Source: Piromyces finnis finn (Eukaryota; Fungi; Neocallimastigomycota). From it: a stretch of DNA of 64,000 nt. The notes beneath the pieces are model-generated. The model saw only the letters and a program-made list of their open reading frames with translations. It was not told the origin of the DNA and did no database searches. Position numbers and translations under genes: made by a program. Position 1 is the first letter of the stretch. Each line of letters begins with the position of its first letter. Location: NCBI GenBank assembly GCA_002104945.1, contig MCFH01000001.1, positions 2,542,001 to 2,606,000 on the forward strand, given 5' to 3'. Of the stretch, positions 41,795 through 54,268 are shown piece after piece.

Positions 41795-44700
41795 CTCTTT
41801 AATTTATTATTATGGCTATAATTTATTTATTACTGTATTACATATTCTTTGTAATACAAGAAATTAGAATTAGTCATTTACTTAAAATATATATATTATT
41901 CATTATTTTTACATAATTAATTTATTTATTTTATTATTTATTTATTCATTCATTTATATTTATTCCATATTATTTCACCACAATAGAATAATATTCTCCT
42001 TAAAATATTTTTATAATTAATTTAAATATTAAAAAAAAGTGAATTTTGAAATTCTAAAATTAGATAGGAAATTGTTTTGTATTGTTTTACTACTAATAAT
42101 AGAGTAATATTACAAAACAGATAATAGCAATAATATTGAATAACGGATAATATTAGATTCATTTCTTTAATAATATAGGCACTCTTAATTATGTATATAT
42201 ACAATTTTTTTTTACTTTGCGTTTCTTTTTATTAATTCTATTAACAATATAAAAAAAAACTAAATAGTAACAATGAATTTAATGCTATATAATTAAACAA
42301 AATTAATTTAAAAGATTAATAAAAACACGAAAACCTTTTATAAAAAAACGTATACTAATGCTTTTTTTTTTATTATTATTAAAAAAAAGTTCATTATGAA
42401 TAATTATTTAATGTTTTATATGAAAAGTATATTTATATATTATAATAAATAATTATATTTTTTTTAATAGAATACTAACATTATGTTGAAATAAAAGAAA
42501 ACTTTATGATTACAAAAAAAAAAATACAATAGAATGTTGAAATATATATTAATTTTTTTACATTGCTTTAATCAATAAAAAAGAAATCTATAACTTTAAT
42601 ATTGCAATGAACACCTAATATTATTAACCCTTTTAGTTCATGTTTATACTATGTACATTAACAATGATTTGTATTTACTATGTAATATATAATGTATTTA
42701 AAAATTGGAGAAAATTTTAATGTACATATATTTACAAATTCATACAATAATCCATAATGTAATTTAAATAAAAATAATTATATGACTAATTATTAAAATT
42801 AATATATGAATTAATTACTCATTTTATTTTAAAACCTATAAAAAGAGTGACACTATAGCAAAAAACAAAACAAAACCTTTTTTTTTGATGTAATAATGAA
42901 ATTAGTATAAAATAAACCTACCTTTCTTTTTATTATTTATATTTATTAATGAGTATGAAAACTATTAGATTTTTTATTAAAAAAAAAACCATTATTGAAT
43001 AAGATATAAAATAAAAAATAGTATTATTAATATAAATAAACTTGTGTATTAATATACATATGATATATTTATATATTTTATTAATAATTATATAAAACAA
43101 AATTATATATATATTTTTTTACTTTTAGTGGATTATCTGTTAGAAAATCATAAAAATGTCATTTTTCAATGTGGTACATTTAAACATTTAAACGCTACAT
43201 TAGTGGTGTGATTCTACTGGTTTTCTATAATTTCTCATTTTTTATGTACTTTAGTATCATATATCTTTTTATATCATAGATTTATATGGCATGTATGACA
43301 AAAAGAATTCTAATAAAAAAAAGTTTAGAAATCACCACTAAATTATACTTTCATTCAAATAATAATCATGATAAAAAGGTAGTAGTAATCATCAGTTAAA
43401 TGTTTTATGCTATACAGACGTCATTGCGGAATAGGGTGCTACTTTAATATTGTTAAGTTTTATTTTACAAGAGGTTTAAAAAAGATAAAAAAAAAACTAG
43501 AGTGGGGGACAAGCAGAAATAGATTAAATACAATGTCAACATATTGCTTCTTTCAGTAGTATAACATGAAAAAAACCACCACAAACTAGGATGCGAAAAT
43601 TACAAAAATAAAAACATTATATTCATTTGCCAAATCATAAAATCTTTTAAAAATAATGAAACATTTGTAAATTAAAAATAAAGATTTAATTTAAAAAGTC
43701 ATCCTTAAGATAATATGATTCCCATTTTTATTATATTAACAATACTATTTATAACCAATAAACTCTTAGAATAACTCTTTATTTAAATGATGATGTTTTT
43801 TTAAAAAATGAGAAAAAGTTTCAAAATAATTTCATCTTTAATTTAATGTCTAACAAATTTCATTATTTAATTATATTTATTGTTAAATATATATGAATCT
43901 ATAATTAATTTATTTATTTATAATACATTATATTTACTAATATTATATTAATTTACCATATTATAATATATTCATTTATTAATGTTATATTTAATTTATC
44001 TTTTATTATATATTTTTTTTGTTTTATATTAATTTTAAATTAATATGTTATACTAAATAGATTCATCCTACCATGATACTTTCTCCATAAATTATGGATA
44101 ATCTTTTTAATATCTTTATCTTTATTTTTAATTAAAAAAGTATTAAATGTATCAATTTTTTAAATTAATTTTTTTTAATCTATTGTTTTAAAACACAATG
44201 TAAAAGATAATACCAAAATGATATATGAAAAAAAAACAAACAAAAAAAAAGTACCAAAATAAAAAACGGTATATTTGAAAATTAAAAAAAAAAATGTTTT
44301 AAATATAAATTAAATATTAAAAAATAAATAAAGTTGAAATTGGTACAACCTAAAAGTATTATTTTCAATAGGGTTATTAAATCATGAAATGATAAATATT
44401 TAATATTTTTTTTTATTATATATTTTATATAATACATATAATTTATATGGCTTTTTTAGTATTAAATACTATTTTTCTATTTATGACATTCATAATCATA
44501 CTAAATTCAAAAAAAATATATAAATATCTTTTACATAAAAAAAAAAGTAATAAAAATGATACTTTTGTGTAAATCTTTTATAAAAAAGTGGCGTAATTAA
44601 ATTTATATAAAGTAAATTACACCCATATAAAACTAATTAAATTAAACTAATAAAAAATGAATCATAAAATATTTATTAAATATTACACAAATATTATTAA

Positions 44701-46489
44701 ATAAATTTAATATATAATCATTTAATATAAAATGAACCTAAAAATCTTAATTAATAATATGATTGAATATTACTCTAAATATTATATAAACATAAATTAA
44801 TGTAATATTAGAATAGATTATAATGTAGTTTTTAGTGCATTTTATTTAGTACATTAATGTATTTATTATGTTTTTATAAGCATGTGATAAATCAAGGTGT
44901 TTATAGTAATTAGAGTATTTAATAAGATAAAAATAAACAAATTTTATAGTTAGATTTTGGTATAAATTAGAAGAAAATATAGTAAATGAGTCTCTATCTA
45001 AGAATATAATAATTAGGAGAAGATATTCTTTCGGTTATATAATATTAAGTATGTATTTTAATCATTTATAAACAAATATATAAGTCATCCCACAAATCCT
45101 GAGTGTATTGAACCGAGTTGTATCACATTATGCATCATAAATAATTTATTTTTTTTTAAAATAAGTTTAAAATTAATGATGCTTAGGATGATGCTAACTA
45201 ATTTTGTATTATAAAAAGTTTTTGTTCTTAAATTAGACAAAAAAAAAAATTTTTTTTTTTCATTAAAAAAAGAAAAATAAAAATTAATAGGCTTTATAAA
45301 AAAATTTTTATTACCCATTATTATTAGTGATTTCGATTTATTGAGGTAATAAAGAAAAAAGCCAATGAATGATTTTATAATTTGCTGTTATTATTGTTTT
45401 ATTATTTGATTTAAAACGTAAATTATTGAAACTTTTATGATTTAGGGGTTTATTTAAGAGTAATTTTTATTGTTATGAAAAATGTGCCAATAATGATGCC
45501 TTTTACTTATTTGACACTTTTTTGTAACCCATGAACACAAAAATTATTAATTTATCGATAAAAAAAAAAGAAATAACAGTTTAAATTGTAATATAATACA
45601 TTATATTTATAATAAATATACTAATATATACTAGAATAAAATAATAATAAATTAAATTATTTATTCATATTATAATGAATATAATGAATTCAATTATTAT
45701 TTATTTTTTAATAAATTAAAAAATTTAAAAAAAAAAAATGAATAATTAAAAAAGAATATTAAATTTTATATATATCAACCTAAATAATGATATATTATCC
45801 ATATATAATTATAAATATTACTATTAAATCATTATATATATTTTATTATAAATAATTAAATAAAAAAAAAAAACATTTGTTGAATGTTTTGAATAAATAA
45901 AAATCTTAATAATTATTAATACAAACAAGATTTGTATCAAAATTTCATATTTTTTTTTAAACCACTACTATATAATAGTTAGTAGTATAGCTAGTATAGA
46001 TACTGATATAGATACTAACATACTCTTATAGATACTCATTATAAATACATATTAGTTAAATACAACTTTAATGTTTAAAATTTAAATTTTATTATTTAAG
46101 AAATATTTTTTTTTCTACAAAATATATAATATTAAAGTATTTACCATTTTATACATAGTACATAAATTGAAATAGATAAATTAAAAAAATTATAATACTA
46201 TTATTAATCAAACTTTATATCTTATAAAATAAATTAATAAAAAAAGGGATATTTTTTTGGGTATAAATATCTTTAAAATTTCCAAAAATTGTTAAAATTT
46301 GTTTATTTTCAATATAAGAAAATAGTAATAATATTGTAAATAAATTAATAATAACAACAATTAAAAAATAAAAAGAATATAATACCTTTTTTTTTTTTTA
46401 AAAAAAAATAAATCATCGAAATACTATAATATAATATTTATTATAATTTATCTTTTTTTTAATAGTTGTAAATAAATAATTTATTCAAA

Positions 46490-47974
46490 ATGAAGACTTG
46501 CGCTATTTTATCACTTGTTGCTTTATTTTTAACTTCAAAGGTTTCAGCTGACTGTTGGTCAGAAAGATTAGGTTGGCCATGTTGTAGTAACAGTAACGCT
46601 GAAGTCGTTTATGTAGATGAAGATGGTGATTGGGGTGTTGAAAACAATGATTGGTGTGGTATCAAGAAGGAACAAGCTCCATCTAACAATGCTGCCAACG
46701 ACAACAACAACCCATGGGGTGGTATGGGTAACTGGGGCCAACAAGGTAACCAAGGCGGTAACCCATGGGATCAAGGTAACCAAGGTGGTAACCAAGGTGG
46801 TAATCCATGGGGTAACTTTGATTTCGGTAACATGTGGGGAAATCAAGGTGGTAACAACCAACAACAAGGTAATCAAGGTGGTAACCCATGGGGTGGTATG
46901 GGTAACTGGGGCCAACAAGGTAACCAAGGCGGTAACCCATGGGATCAAGGTAACCAAGGTGGTAACCAAGGTGGTAATCCATGGGGTAACTTTGATTTCG
47001 GTAACATGGGCAACTGGGGTCAAGGTGGTAACCAAGGTGGTAATCCATGGGATCAAGGTAACCAAGGTGGTAACCAATGGGGTCAACAAGGTGGTAACCA
47101 ATGGGACCAAGGTAACCAAGGTGGTAACCAAAACAACAACAACGACAACCAAAGCAACAGTTCTCCAAGTATTGATTACACTGGTGATGTTGACTGTTCT
47201 GGAAAGACTCTCAAGAGCAACACTAACCTTACCATTAACGGTCGTAAGGTAATTGTTAAATTCCCAAGCAACTTCGGTAGCAAGCCAGCTCCACTTCTTA
47301 TCAACTTCCACCCAATTATGGGTAGTGCTTCTCAATGGGAAAGTGGTTCTCAAACTGCCAAGGCTGCTCTTAACGATGGTGCTGTTGTTGCTTTCATGGA
47401 TGGTGCTCAAGGTCCAATGGGTCAAGCTTGGAATGTTGGTCCATGCTGTACTGATGCTGATGATGTTCAATACACTCGTGCTTTCATTAAGGAAATTACC
47501 CAAAAGGCTTGTATTGATCCAAAGCGTATTTACGCTGCTGGTTTCTCCATGGGTGGTGGTATGTCTAACTATGCTGGTTGTCAACTTGCTGATGTTATTG
47601 CCGCTGCTGCTCCATCTGCTTTCGATCTTTCTAAGGAAATCGTTGATGCTGGTAAGTGTAAGCCAGCTCGTCCATTCCCAATTCTTAACTTCCGTGGTAC
47701 TCAAGATAATGTTGTTATGTACAATGGTGGTCTTTCTCAAGTTGTCCAAGGTAAGCCAATTACTTTCTTAGGTGCTAAGAACAACTTAAAGGAATGGGCT
47801 AAAATGAACGGTTGTACCGGTGAACCAAAGCAAAACACTCCAGGAAACAACTGTGAAATGTACGAAAACTGTAGCGGTGGTGTTAAGGTTGGTCTCTGTA
47901 CTATTAATGGTGGTGGTCACAATGAAGGTGACGGTAAAATGGGTTGGGACTTCTTAAAGCAATTCACTTTATAA
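46490..47974 (+). CDS. fae1A: Cellulosomal CE1 feruloyl esterase-like: signal peptide, fungal dockerin (CBM10-like), G/N/Q/W linker, alpha/beta-hydrolase
   Basis: Dockerin [11 protein letters not shown]...[14 protein letters not shown] (46553-46663). Nucleophile GFSMG (Ser at 47546), RGTQD, GGGH. The catalytic domain closely matches my recollection of Anaeromyces mucronatus Fae1A. Strongly biased codon usage. Confidence 0.9.
   Translation: MKTCAILSLVALFLTSKVSADCWSERLGWPCCSNSNAEVVYVDEDGDWGVENNDWCGIKKEQAPSNNAANDNNNPWGGMGNWGQQGNQGGNPWDQGNQGGNQGGNPWGNFDFGNMWGNQGGNNQQQGNQGGNPWGGMGNWGQQGNQGGNPWDQGNQGGNQGGNPWGNFDFGNMGNWGQGGNQGGNPWDQGNQGGNQWGQQGGNQWDQGNQGGNQNNNNDNQSNSSPSIDYTGDVDCSGKTLKSNTNLTINGRKVIVKFPSNFGSKPAPLLINFHPIMGSASQWESGSQTAKAALNDGAVVAFMDGAQGPMGQAWNVGPCCTDADDVQYTRAFIKEITQKACIDPKRIYAAGFSMGGGMSNYAGCQLADVIAAAAPSAFDLSKEIVDAGKCKPARPFPILNFRGTQDNVVMYNGGLSQVVQGKPITFLGAKNNLKEWAKMNGCTGEPKQNTPGNNCEMYENCSGGVKVGLCTINGGGHNEGDGKMGWDFLKQFTL
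46709..47008 (+). repeat. Two identical 126-nt copies (46709-46834, 46883-47008; period 174 nt) in the CE1 linker
   Basis: Base-by-base comparison. Confidence 0.9.
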
Positions 47975-48531
47975 ACTGCTTAAATAAAATACTATTCATT
48001 TCCCTTTTATTCCAGAAAAAACTATAGTTTTTTAAAAGAAAAATTTCAATAATCAAGTTTTTAATTTATTATTTTTAAAATATTTTGACATATGATGTAT
48101 AAATATTTTTAAAATTTAATATATCTTGTGTATATATATATATAAAAAATAAATAATTTAAAAAGAAATAACTATTTATTGAAATTTAAAAAACATATAT
48201 CAGAGATATATAAAAATAATATTTGAAAAAAAAAAAGAAGAGGCTAGAACCTTTTTATTGTAAATATAATTTATTTAAATATTGAAAAACTTTTTTATTT
48301 CCTCTATATTAATAAAAAATTATTTGAAAAAAAAAAAAAAAAATTATTTTAAAAAAGCTTTTGGAATAATTATAATTTAGATTTAAAAAAGAAAAAAAAA
48401 AATGTCTTTTTAAAAAAAATAGGAAGGAGTGATTTAAATCGATAGAGTAAAAACTAAATTATTTGGTAGAAAAAAAGGCAAAATAATTTGTTAATGATAA
48501 TAATAAAAAGGGAATAATTATTTTATGTATA

Positions 48532-48763
48532 CTCATGGTACTGAGAGAGTAGAAAGAATTAAATCCAAGTATTGCGTAATGGATGCTTGGTGCCCTCTTG
48601 GGAACGTGCCTTCATTTATTTAATAAATGGAATTTCTCAAGGGGGTCTACTCATGCTCATGGTACTGAGAGAGTAGAAAGAATTAAATCCAAGCATTGCG
48701 CAATGGATGCTTGGTTAGTCTTTATTTAGAAATATTATTAGGACTAAGCTCATGGTACTGAGC
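48532..48763. repeat. Hairpin-rich repeat cassette: two 60-nt copies plus a third partial copy
   Basis: ctcatggtactgagagagtagaaagaattaaatccaag(t/c)attgcg(t/c)aatggatgcttggt at 48532-48591 and 48656-48715; gctcatggtactgagc at 48748-48763. Confidence 0.85.
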
Positions 48764-49347
48764 GATTAAAAAACATTTATTCATCGAATTTAAGTATTTG
48801 ATGAATAAGTTGAATGTTTGATATTCAGGTAAGTTTGTATAGTATTTAATTAGAAGAGTAATACATTTTGTTGTATTTTTTTCTTTTATTCATGTATTCA
48901 TGTAGTACTACTCTTCTCTTGTAAGAATCCAATGTAGTCAACTTTAGCATTTGCATTGTATTTTTATATTTATGTAGCTATTGTTGTATTGTTTCTTGTA
49001 AGAGACTGATTCACTCTACATCATGTAAAAATACTATTCACAAGCTTTCTGGTGTCGACATTCTTGATTCAAATTTTTTACCAATTTAAATATTTAATGA
49101 AAAGTAAAGTCAAATAATTTAGTGTCAAAAAGCGAATCGAATTTACTAACAACAAACCAAAACTAGAATTTACAAAGAAAATTTACAACTTCAATTTCAA
49201 AAAAAAAAAAAGAAACTATAATCAAAGCATCGTAACAATTTTTGTACTATCCAGTACTTTTAAGAAGAGAGAGACAGATTTTTTTCCATATACGTTATAT
49301 TTATAATTTTTATTATATTCAATATTTTTTAATTAGAATTAATTATC

Positions 49348-49940
49348 ATGTCAGTCCTTTATATTAAAGAAAAGAATTATATCAGACGTGATACCCGCTC
49401 TTATGGTATCCCCTTAGATGATATTCGCTCCTTCTTTATCCGTGGTATTCGATCATGGTCAGTAAATATGCTATGGGAAAAACTCGAGGTTATTCTAGAA
49501 GATAAATTTAATTCAGTTATTAGTGTTAAATATTTTCAGACTTTCAATGATCACTTTTTCTTAGTCAAGGTTCATGGTTCATCGAAAGATTGTATTAAAA
49601 TCTTACACATGTTAAAGAAGAAACTTTCAGTTACCTCAATTTCCTTTTCAGCTCGTAGTAGAAGGAATCACAAATACACTTTTTCAACACTCAAACGTAA
49701 AATTTTAGTTTCTAATAAACATCAACATTCTATTCAACAATCATTTCAACAATCAGTTCAACAATCTCATCAACAATCCGATCTTCAACAAGTTTCCCAT
49801 CATGAAAATATTCCAGATCTACAACAAACACAATTTCAATCTCAACATTCAACAATTAATTCTAATAGTTCTATCAACTCTGATAACAGTTCAATGGTTG
49901 ATAGTTCTTCAGTTTCACAGCTATCTAGTAATAGTCCAAC
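49348..49940 (+). CDS. LINE ORF1/gag-like region (possible RRM-like domain, then Gln/Ser/Asn-rich segment); track ORF beyond about 49940 is probably out of frame
   Basis: SFFIRGI...HFFLVKV beta-strand pattern, then QQS repeats; low-complexity S/N composition continues in the ORF2 frame from 49935. Confidence 0.6.
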
Positions 49941-52900
49941 TTATCGGATGCGCCATCCATTAATAATGATAACTTTAATAATAGCAACGATTCTTCCTCA
50001 TTCAACAAGCCTGATTACTTTTCTTTTTGTCTTAGTTGGAACACCAATGGGTGGAATCACGAAAAGAGAGATAGTATTAGCTATTTCACAGCTACTTTCA
50101 AACCATTATTTTTATGTTTCCAAGAAACTGGTAATGGTTCTGGATCGAATACAGAGTATCCTTGTCGTGTTACTTTACGAAACTATAGGCACTTTTTCAA
50201 GAAAGCTGATGAATCAGTTCCTGGAATGAGAGGCTTATATTTAGGTTTTCACAATTCGTGTCAAGCCTCACTTGAAAACTTCTCTGGAAAGTATATTATT
50301 TCTATTTATACTTTTAGTCTTTGGAATAGATTCAAATGCTCGATTGGAAATGTTTATATGCCTCATAGTCATCACAACATCTATGTTGATCATGCAAAGT
50401 TAGAAGTTCGCTTGTGGTTACAAACTCATTCATCCCATCCATCGATTCTTGTTGGTGATTTTAATATGTCTAAAGTAAAATTATCCAATTGGTTATCAAC
50501 TAATGGATTAGGAGATTGGGAAGTTCTTCCGCTTAGAGGGTCGACTATCTCTTGGACTCGAGGTGATCAATCTTCCGACATTGACCATGCTCTTATCAAT
50601 TCGAAGATGAAAGATCTTATTCACTCAGGATCATTTATAAATAATTTTTATCCTGTATCAGACCATAAGCCACTTCTTATTAATGGTAAAATTATTCCTA
50701 TGGAAGATTTTTCTAATGACTTTAATGTTCCTAAGAAAATTCTGAAATGGAATAGATTAAAATGTATTGAGGAAAAGGAATCTATTCTCAGTCATAATAA
50801 ATTCCAAATACTTTCAGCAAAATTCAACGATCCTAATGTTTCTACAGATAAACTTTCCAAAGAGTTTACTTCAACTGCTTTTTCAATTGCAGACGAGCTC
50901 AGTATTACCTCAGCAAATAATGTTATAAAGTCTTCATTTCATATTTCACAACAAATTTTTAATCTTCAAAAAATCAAAATGAAGTTGTATAAGAGATTTA
51001 AAAAAGAAAGAATTTATGATATAGATGAATTTATTAAAAGAATTAAAATTTACCGTAAGCTCATCGATTACATTCACAAAAGATGTAATGAATTTAGGAA
51101 ACAAGAATATCTTCATTGGATTAAAACAGGATGTGAGTATATGAAGAGTCATAATCCTAAGAAGGCGTGGAAATGGATCAAGAAAACTGCAAAAATTGGA
51201 AAAGATTCTTTCTTTATTGCTCAACCAATTAAAAATAAAAATGGAGAATTAGTTGTTGCTACGGAAGAACAACTAGAGGTGTGGCATGATCATTTCGAAA
51301 ATCTTGCATCAGATCCAAGTGGTGTAAGTCTTGATTTGGAGCATTGGTATGAAGAACCAACGAATAAACGTTTTTCACTTCCTATGCTTGATGAGTGGGA
51401 TATCAACCAAGATATTAGTATTGATGAAGTCAAGTCAGCTATCCTCTCTACTCCAAATTATAAAGCATCAGGTCCGGATGGTATTCCAATTGAATTTTAC
51501 AAAGCATTAATTCCATCAAGTAATGATTCTAATAATGCTACAGATAATAATTCTTCTGGTAATACCACTTCAGATAATGATGCTTATGGTTTAAATTTTA
51601 TTCTTAAATTATTCAACCGTATTTGGGATGGAGACTTCCCAAACTCATGGAATGAATCCAGTATTGTTTCTATTCCTAAGAAGGGAGATTTGACAGATTG
51701 TGATAACTATCGAGGTATATCACTTATCAATAATGGCATTAAGTTGATTTCCAAAATTGTCACCACTAGAATCTCAGAATATGGTCTAAAGAATAATTTC
51801 ATTAGACCTGAACAATTTGGTTTTCGAAAAAAGGAAGAAAGTATCAGTCTTTTCATTTCAATCCAAGAAATATGCCGTAGACGTCAATTAGATAATAAAG
51901 AGACATATTTGGCCTTTTTAGATCTCAGGAAAGCATACGATTCAGTCCCAATCGGTAATATTCTCCATAAATTTGATTGTTTAGGAATCCGAGGTAAGAG
52001 TTTACAATTTATCAAAAATTTATATTTAACATCTAAGGCTAATGTCAAATTAGATGGACAATTCTCGAAATCTTTTGATGTGAAGAAAGGAGTCCGTCAA
52101 GGATGCCCTCTTTCTCCTATTCTCTTTAATCTCTTTATTAATGATATATTTAGAGAGTGCGAAGATCTAGGAGTCAGTTTAGGTGACACTCGATGCTGTG
52201 GTGGACTTTTTGCAGATGATATAGTTATTTGTGCTCCAACAAGAGGATGCTTAAAAAAGATGCTTAGAAGAGTTAATGAATGGGCATTGTATAATGAAAT
52301 GGAATTTGGTATCCAGAAGTGTTCAACGATGGTGATTCGTCCTGAATCAATAGAAAATCAGAACAAGAGAGATCCAACATTTTACTTAGCAGGACAACCC
52401 ATTCCAACTACTGATTGCTATACTTATCTTGGTGTTCCATTTGATAAGAATCTGTCCCTTAAACCAGTAATTAAAGCTCTTAATAACAAGGTTTTGAAAG
52501 GGCTTTTCTCAGTCAGTAAATTCTTAAGAAATCCTAATATTCCTATTCCTTTCAAAAAACTAGTACTTAACTCACAAGTGATTAGCAGAGTTTCATACTT
52601 TGCACCATTACTTGGATCCAACAAAGCTAGGTCTAGGATTGCTCAGAAGCATGTTAACAAAGGAATACGATGGGTTGCCGGAGTTCATAAAGCTGTATCG
52701 TTTATATCTTTATACTCTATTTCAAAAGATTTGAATATTCCTCCATTGTCAGCCAAATGTGCGTTAGCTCAGGTTAGATGTTTTAACAAATGGAAAAACT
52801 CAAATTGTATTATCTCACACCTTGTCAATTACATTCCTAAATTTAGAAAATCCACGTGGTGCAAATCAAGTAGGACACTTGATAAAAAACTAAAGAAACA

Positions 52901-53018
52901 TGGAGATGTTAAAGCAGTTAAAAACTTTTATTGGAAAGATCTCAAAGGGAATTCAATCAAAGCGCAATATTATGATGATAATAAATTTATTGAAACTATA
53001 GATTTTATTAAATTATGA
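49935..53018 (+). CDS. LINE endonuclease-reverse transcriptase frame (open from 49935; first ATG at 50226 lies inside the endonuclease domain)
   Basis: Frame is bounded by TAG TAA TAG at 49926-49934 and encodes ...DYFSFCLSWNTNGW...LCFQETG... before the ATG at 50226. Confidence 0.85.
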   Translation, partial: SNLSDAPSINNDNFNNSNDSSSFNKPDYFSFCLSWNTNGWNHEKRDSISYFTATFKPLFLCFQETGNGSGSNTEYPCRVTLRNYRHFFKKADESVPGMRGLYLGFHNSCQASLENFSGKYIISIYTFSLWNRFKCSIGNVYMPHSHHNIYVDHAKLEVRLWLQTHSSHPSILVGDFNMSKVKLSNWLSTNGLGDWEVLPLRGSTISWTRGDQSSDIDHALINSKMKDLIHSGSFINNFYPVSDHKPLLINGKIIPMEDFSNDFNVPKKILKWNRLKCIEEKESILSHNKFQILSAKFNDPNVSTDKLSKEFTSTAFSIADELSITSANNVIKSSFHISQQIFNLQKIKMKLYKRFKKERIYDIDEFIKRIKIYRKLIDYIHKRCNEFRKQEYLHWIKTGCEYMKSHNPKKAWKWIKKTAKIGKDSFFIAQPIKNKNGELVVATEEQLEVWHDHFENLASDPSGVSLDLEHWYEEPTNKRFSLPMLDEWDINQDISIDEVKSAILSTPNYKASGPDGIPIEFYKALIPSSNDSNNATDNNSSGNTTSDNDAYGLNFILKLFNRIWDGDFPNSWNESSIVSIPKKGDLTDCDNYRGISLINNGIKLISKIVTTRISEYGLKNNFIRPEQFGFRKKEESISLFISIQEICRRRQLDNKETYLAFLDLRKAYDSVPIGNILHKFDCLGIRGKSLQFIKNLYLTSKANVKLDGQFSKSFDVKKGVRQGCPLSPILFNLFINDIFRECEDLGVSLGDTRCCGGLFADDIVICAPTRGCLKKMLRRVNEWALYNEMEFGIQKCSTMVIRPESIENQNKRDPTFYLAGQPIPTTDCYTYLGVPFDKNLSLKPVIKALNNKVLKGLFSVSKFLRNPNIPIPFKKLVLNSQVISRVSYFAPLLGSNKARSRIAQKHVNKGIRWVAGVHKAVSFISLYSISKDLNIPPLSAKCALAQVRCFNKWKNSNCIISHLVNYIPKFRKSTWCKSSRTLDKKLKKHGDVKAVKNFYWKDLKGNSIKAQYYDDNKFIETIDFIKL

Positions 53019-54268
53019 TTGACTATAACCCTAAAAAAAAAGTAAAAAAGAAATAACAATTTTTTTTTCATAGTTTTATTATTTTTCTTTAAAGTTAATA
53101 AACCACTAGTTTGCAATTTCAATATCATTTACTATTAAAAATTGCTATACAATATAAAGAATATTTGATAAATAATGAGATATTACCCTTAATATTTTCT
53201 TAAAATTATTGAAAAAGTATTTTTCATTTTTTTTATACAAAAGAGATTATATAAAAAAATATATATATATAAAAAATGAATTATTGAATATATGTAAATA
53301 TATGAATGTGATGATATAATTAAGAGTATTACAATTTATTGTAAGAGTTTGTTTTTTTTTCTACAAGAACTACATGAAAAGAAATAAAAAAATAATAGGA
53401 TAATGTGTATAGGGATTTAAGATATAGTTAAATAGAAATTACCAAAAAAAAAAAAAAAAAAAATTTTTTTTCTTTTAATTATTCTTTTTTTAATTGAAGT
53501 ATTATTTTATCACAACAAAAAATATTTTATTTTTATAATATTATATTATATATTTATATATTAATATAAATATTTTTTTTCCTAATTATATATTAATACT
53601 GAATATCATGAAAAATCTTGAATCTATTTATTATATTTGAATTTATTATTAGTAGTAGTGGTATTGTTATATTGATTCCTCATTTAAAATCTTTCAAAAC
53701 TCTAATGGAAATAAATATTTTTATTTTAGGAAAAATTCTTTTATTTTATATATATTTAATCTTTTTTTTATAGCATAATCATTATCAATAGTTATATTGG
53801 ATTTATTTATTTATTTATTTATTAATTATAAAAACATTTATTTAATTAAATAAAGAAATGTTAATGCTTTCATTACTAATTCAGTAAATCAATATTTACA
53901 TAAAAATATAAAAGAAAAAAAAAAAAGTATAAAAAATTACTCTTTTCAATTCTTATTTCTTATTTTATTTTATTTATTTTTTAAAAAAATAATGAACATT
54001 CCATAAAATAAAATAAATATTTCATAAAAGTAAAAAACATATTCTAATAGTTACTTTTAATTATTTTATTATTTTTTATTTAAATTCATTACGTTTATTT
54101 TATTTATATACATACCATTTTACGAATTTTGATTGATTTATTTATGTCTATTGGTAAAAAAAAAAAAAAAAAAAACATCTAATATTTTATAATATTTAAA
54201 ATTATAATAGTAATAATTATTATAATAACTATTATTATTATTATAAAATATTTCTATTAAATAATGTT

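Larger units (their letters stand above)
49348..53018 (+). mobile_element. Non-LTR retrotransposon (LINE): ORF1-like region, APE endonuclease and reverse transcriptase; frameshifted and apparently lacking a C-terminal region
   Basis: EN motifs SWNTNG, FQET, VGDFN, SDIDH, SDHKP. RT motifs KASGPDGIP, IPKKGD...NYRGISL, QFGFR, FLDLRKAYDSV, GVRQGCPLSPILFNLFIND, FADD (52209-52220), YTYLG. Confidence 0.92.

Noticed and set aside
46568-47771. Antisense 393-aa ORF and other overlapping ORFs (46617, 46683, 47253) over the CE1 gene
   Set aside because: Shadows of strong codon bias and the repeat linker; no domain motifs of their own.
48541-48560. Hammerhead ribozyme core in ctgagagagtagaaa
   Set aside because: Position 8 is A rather than G and there is no room for stem II.
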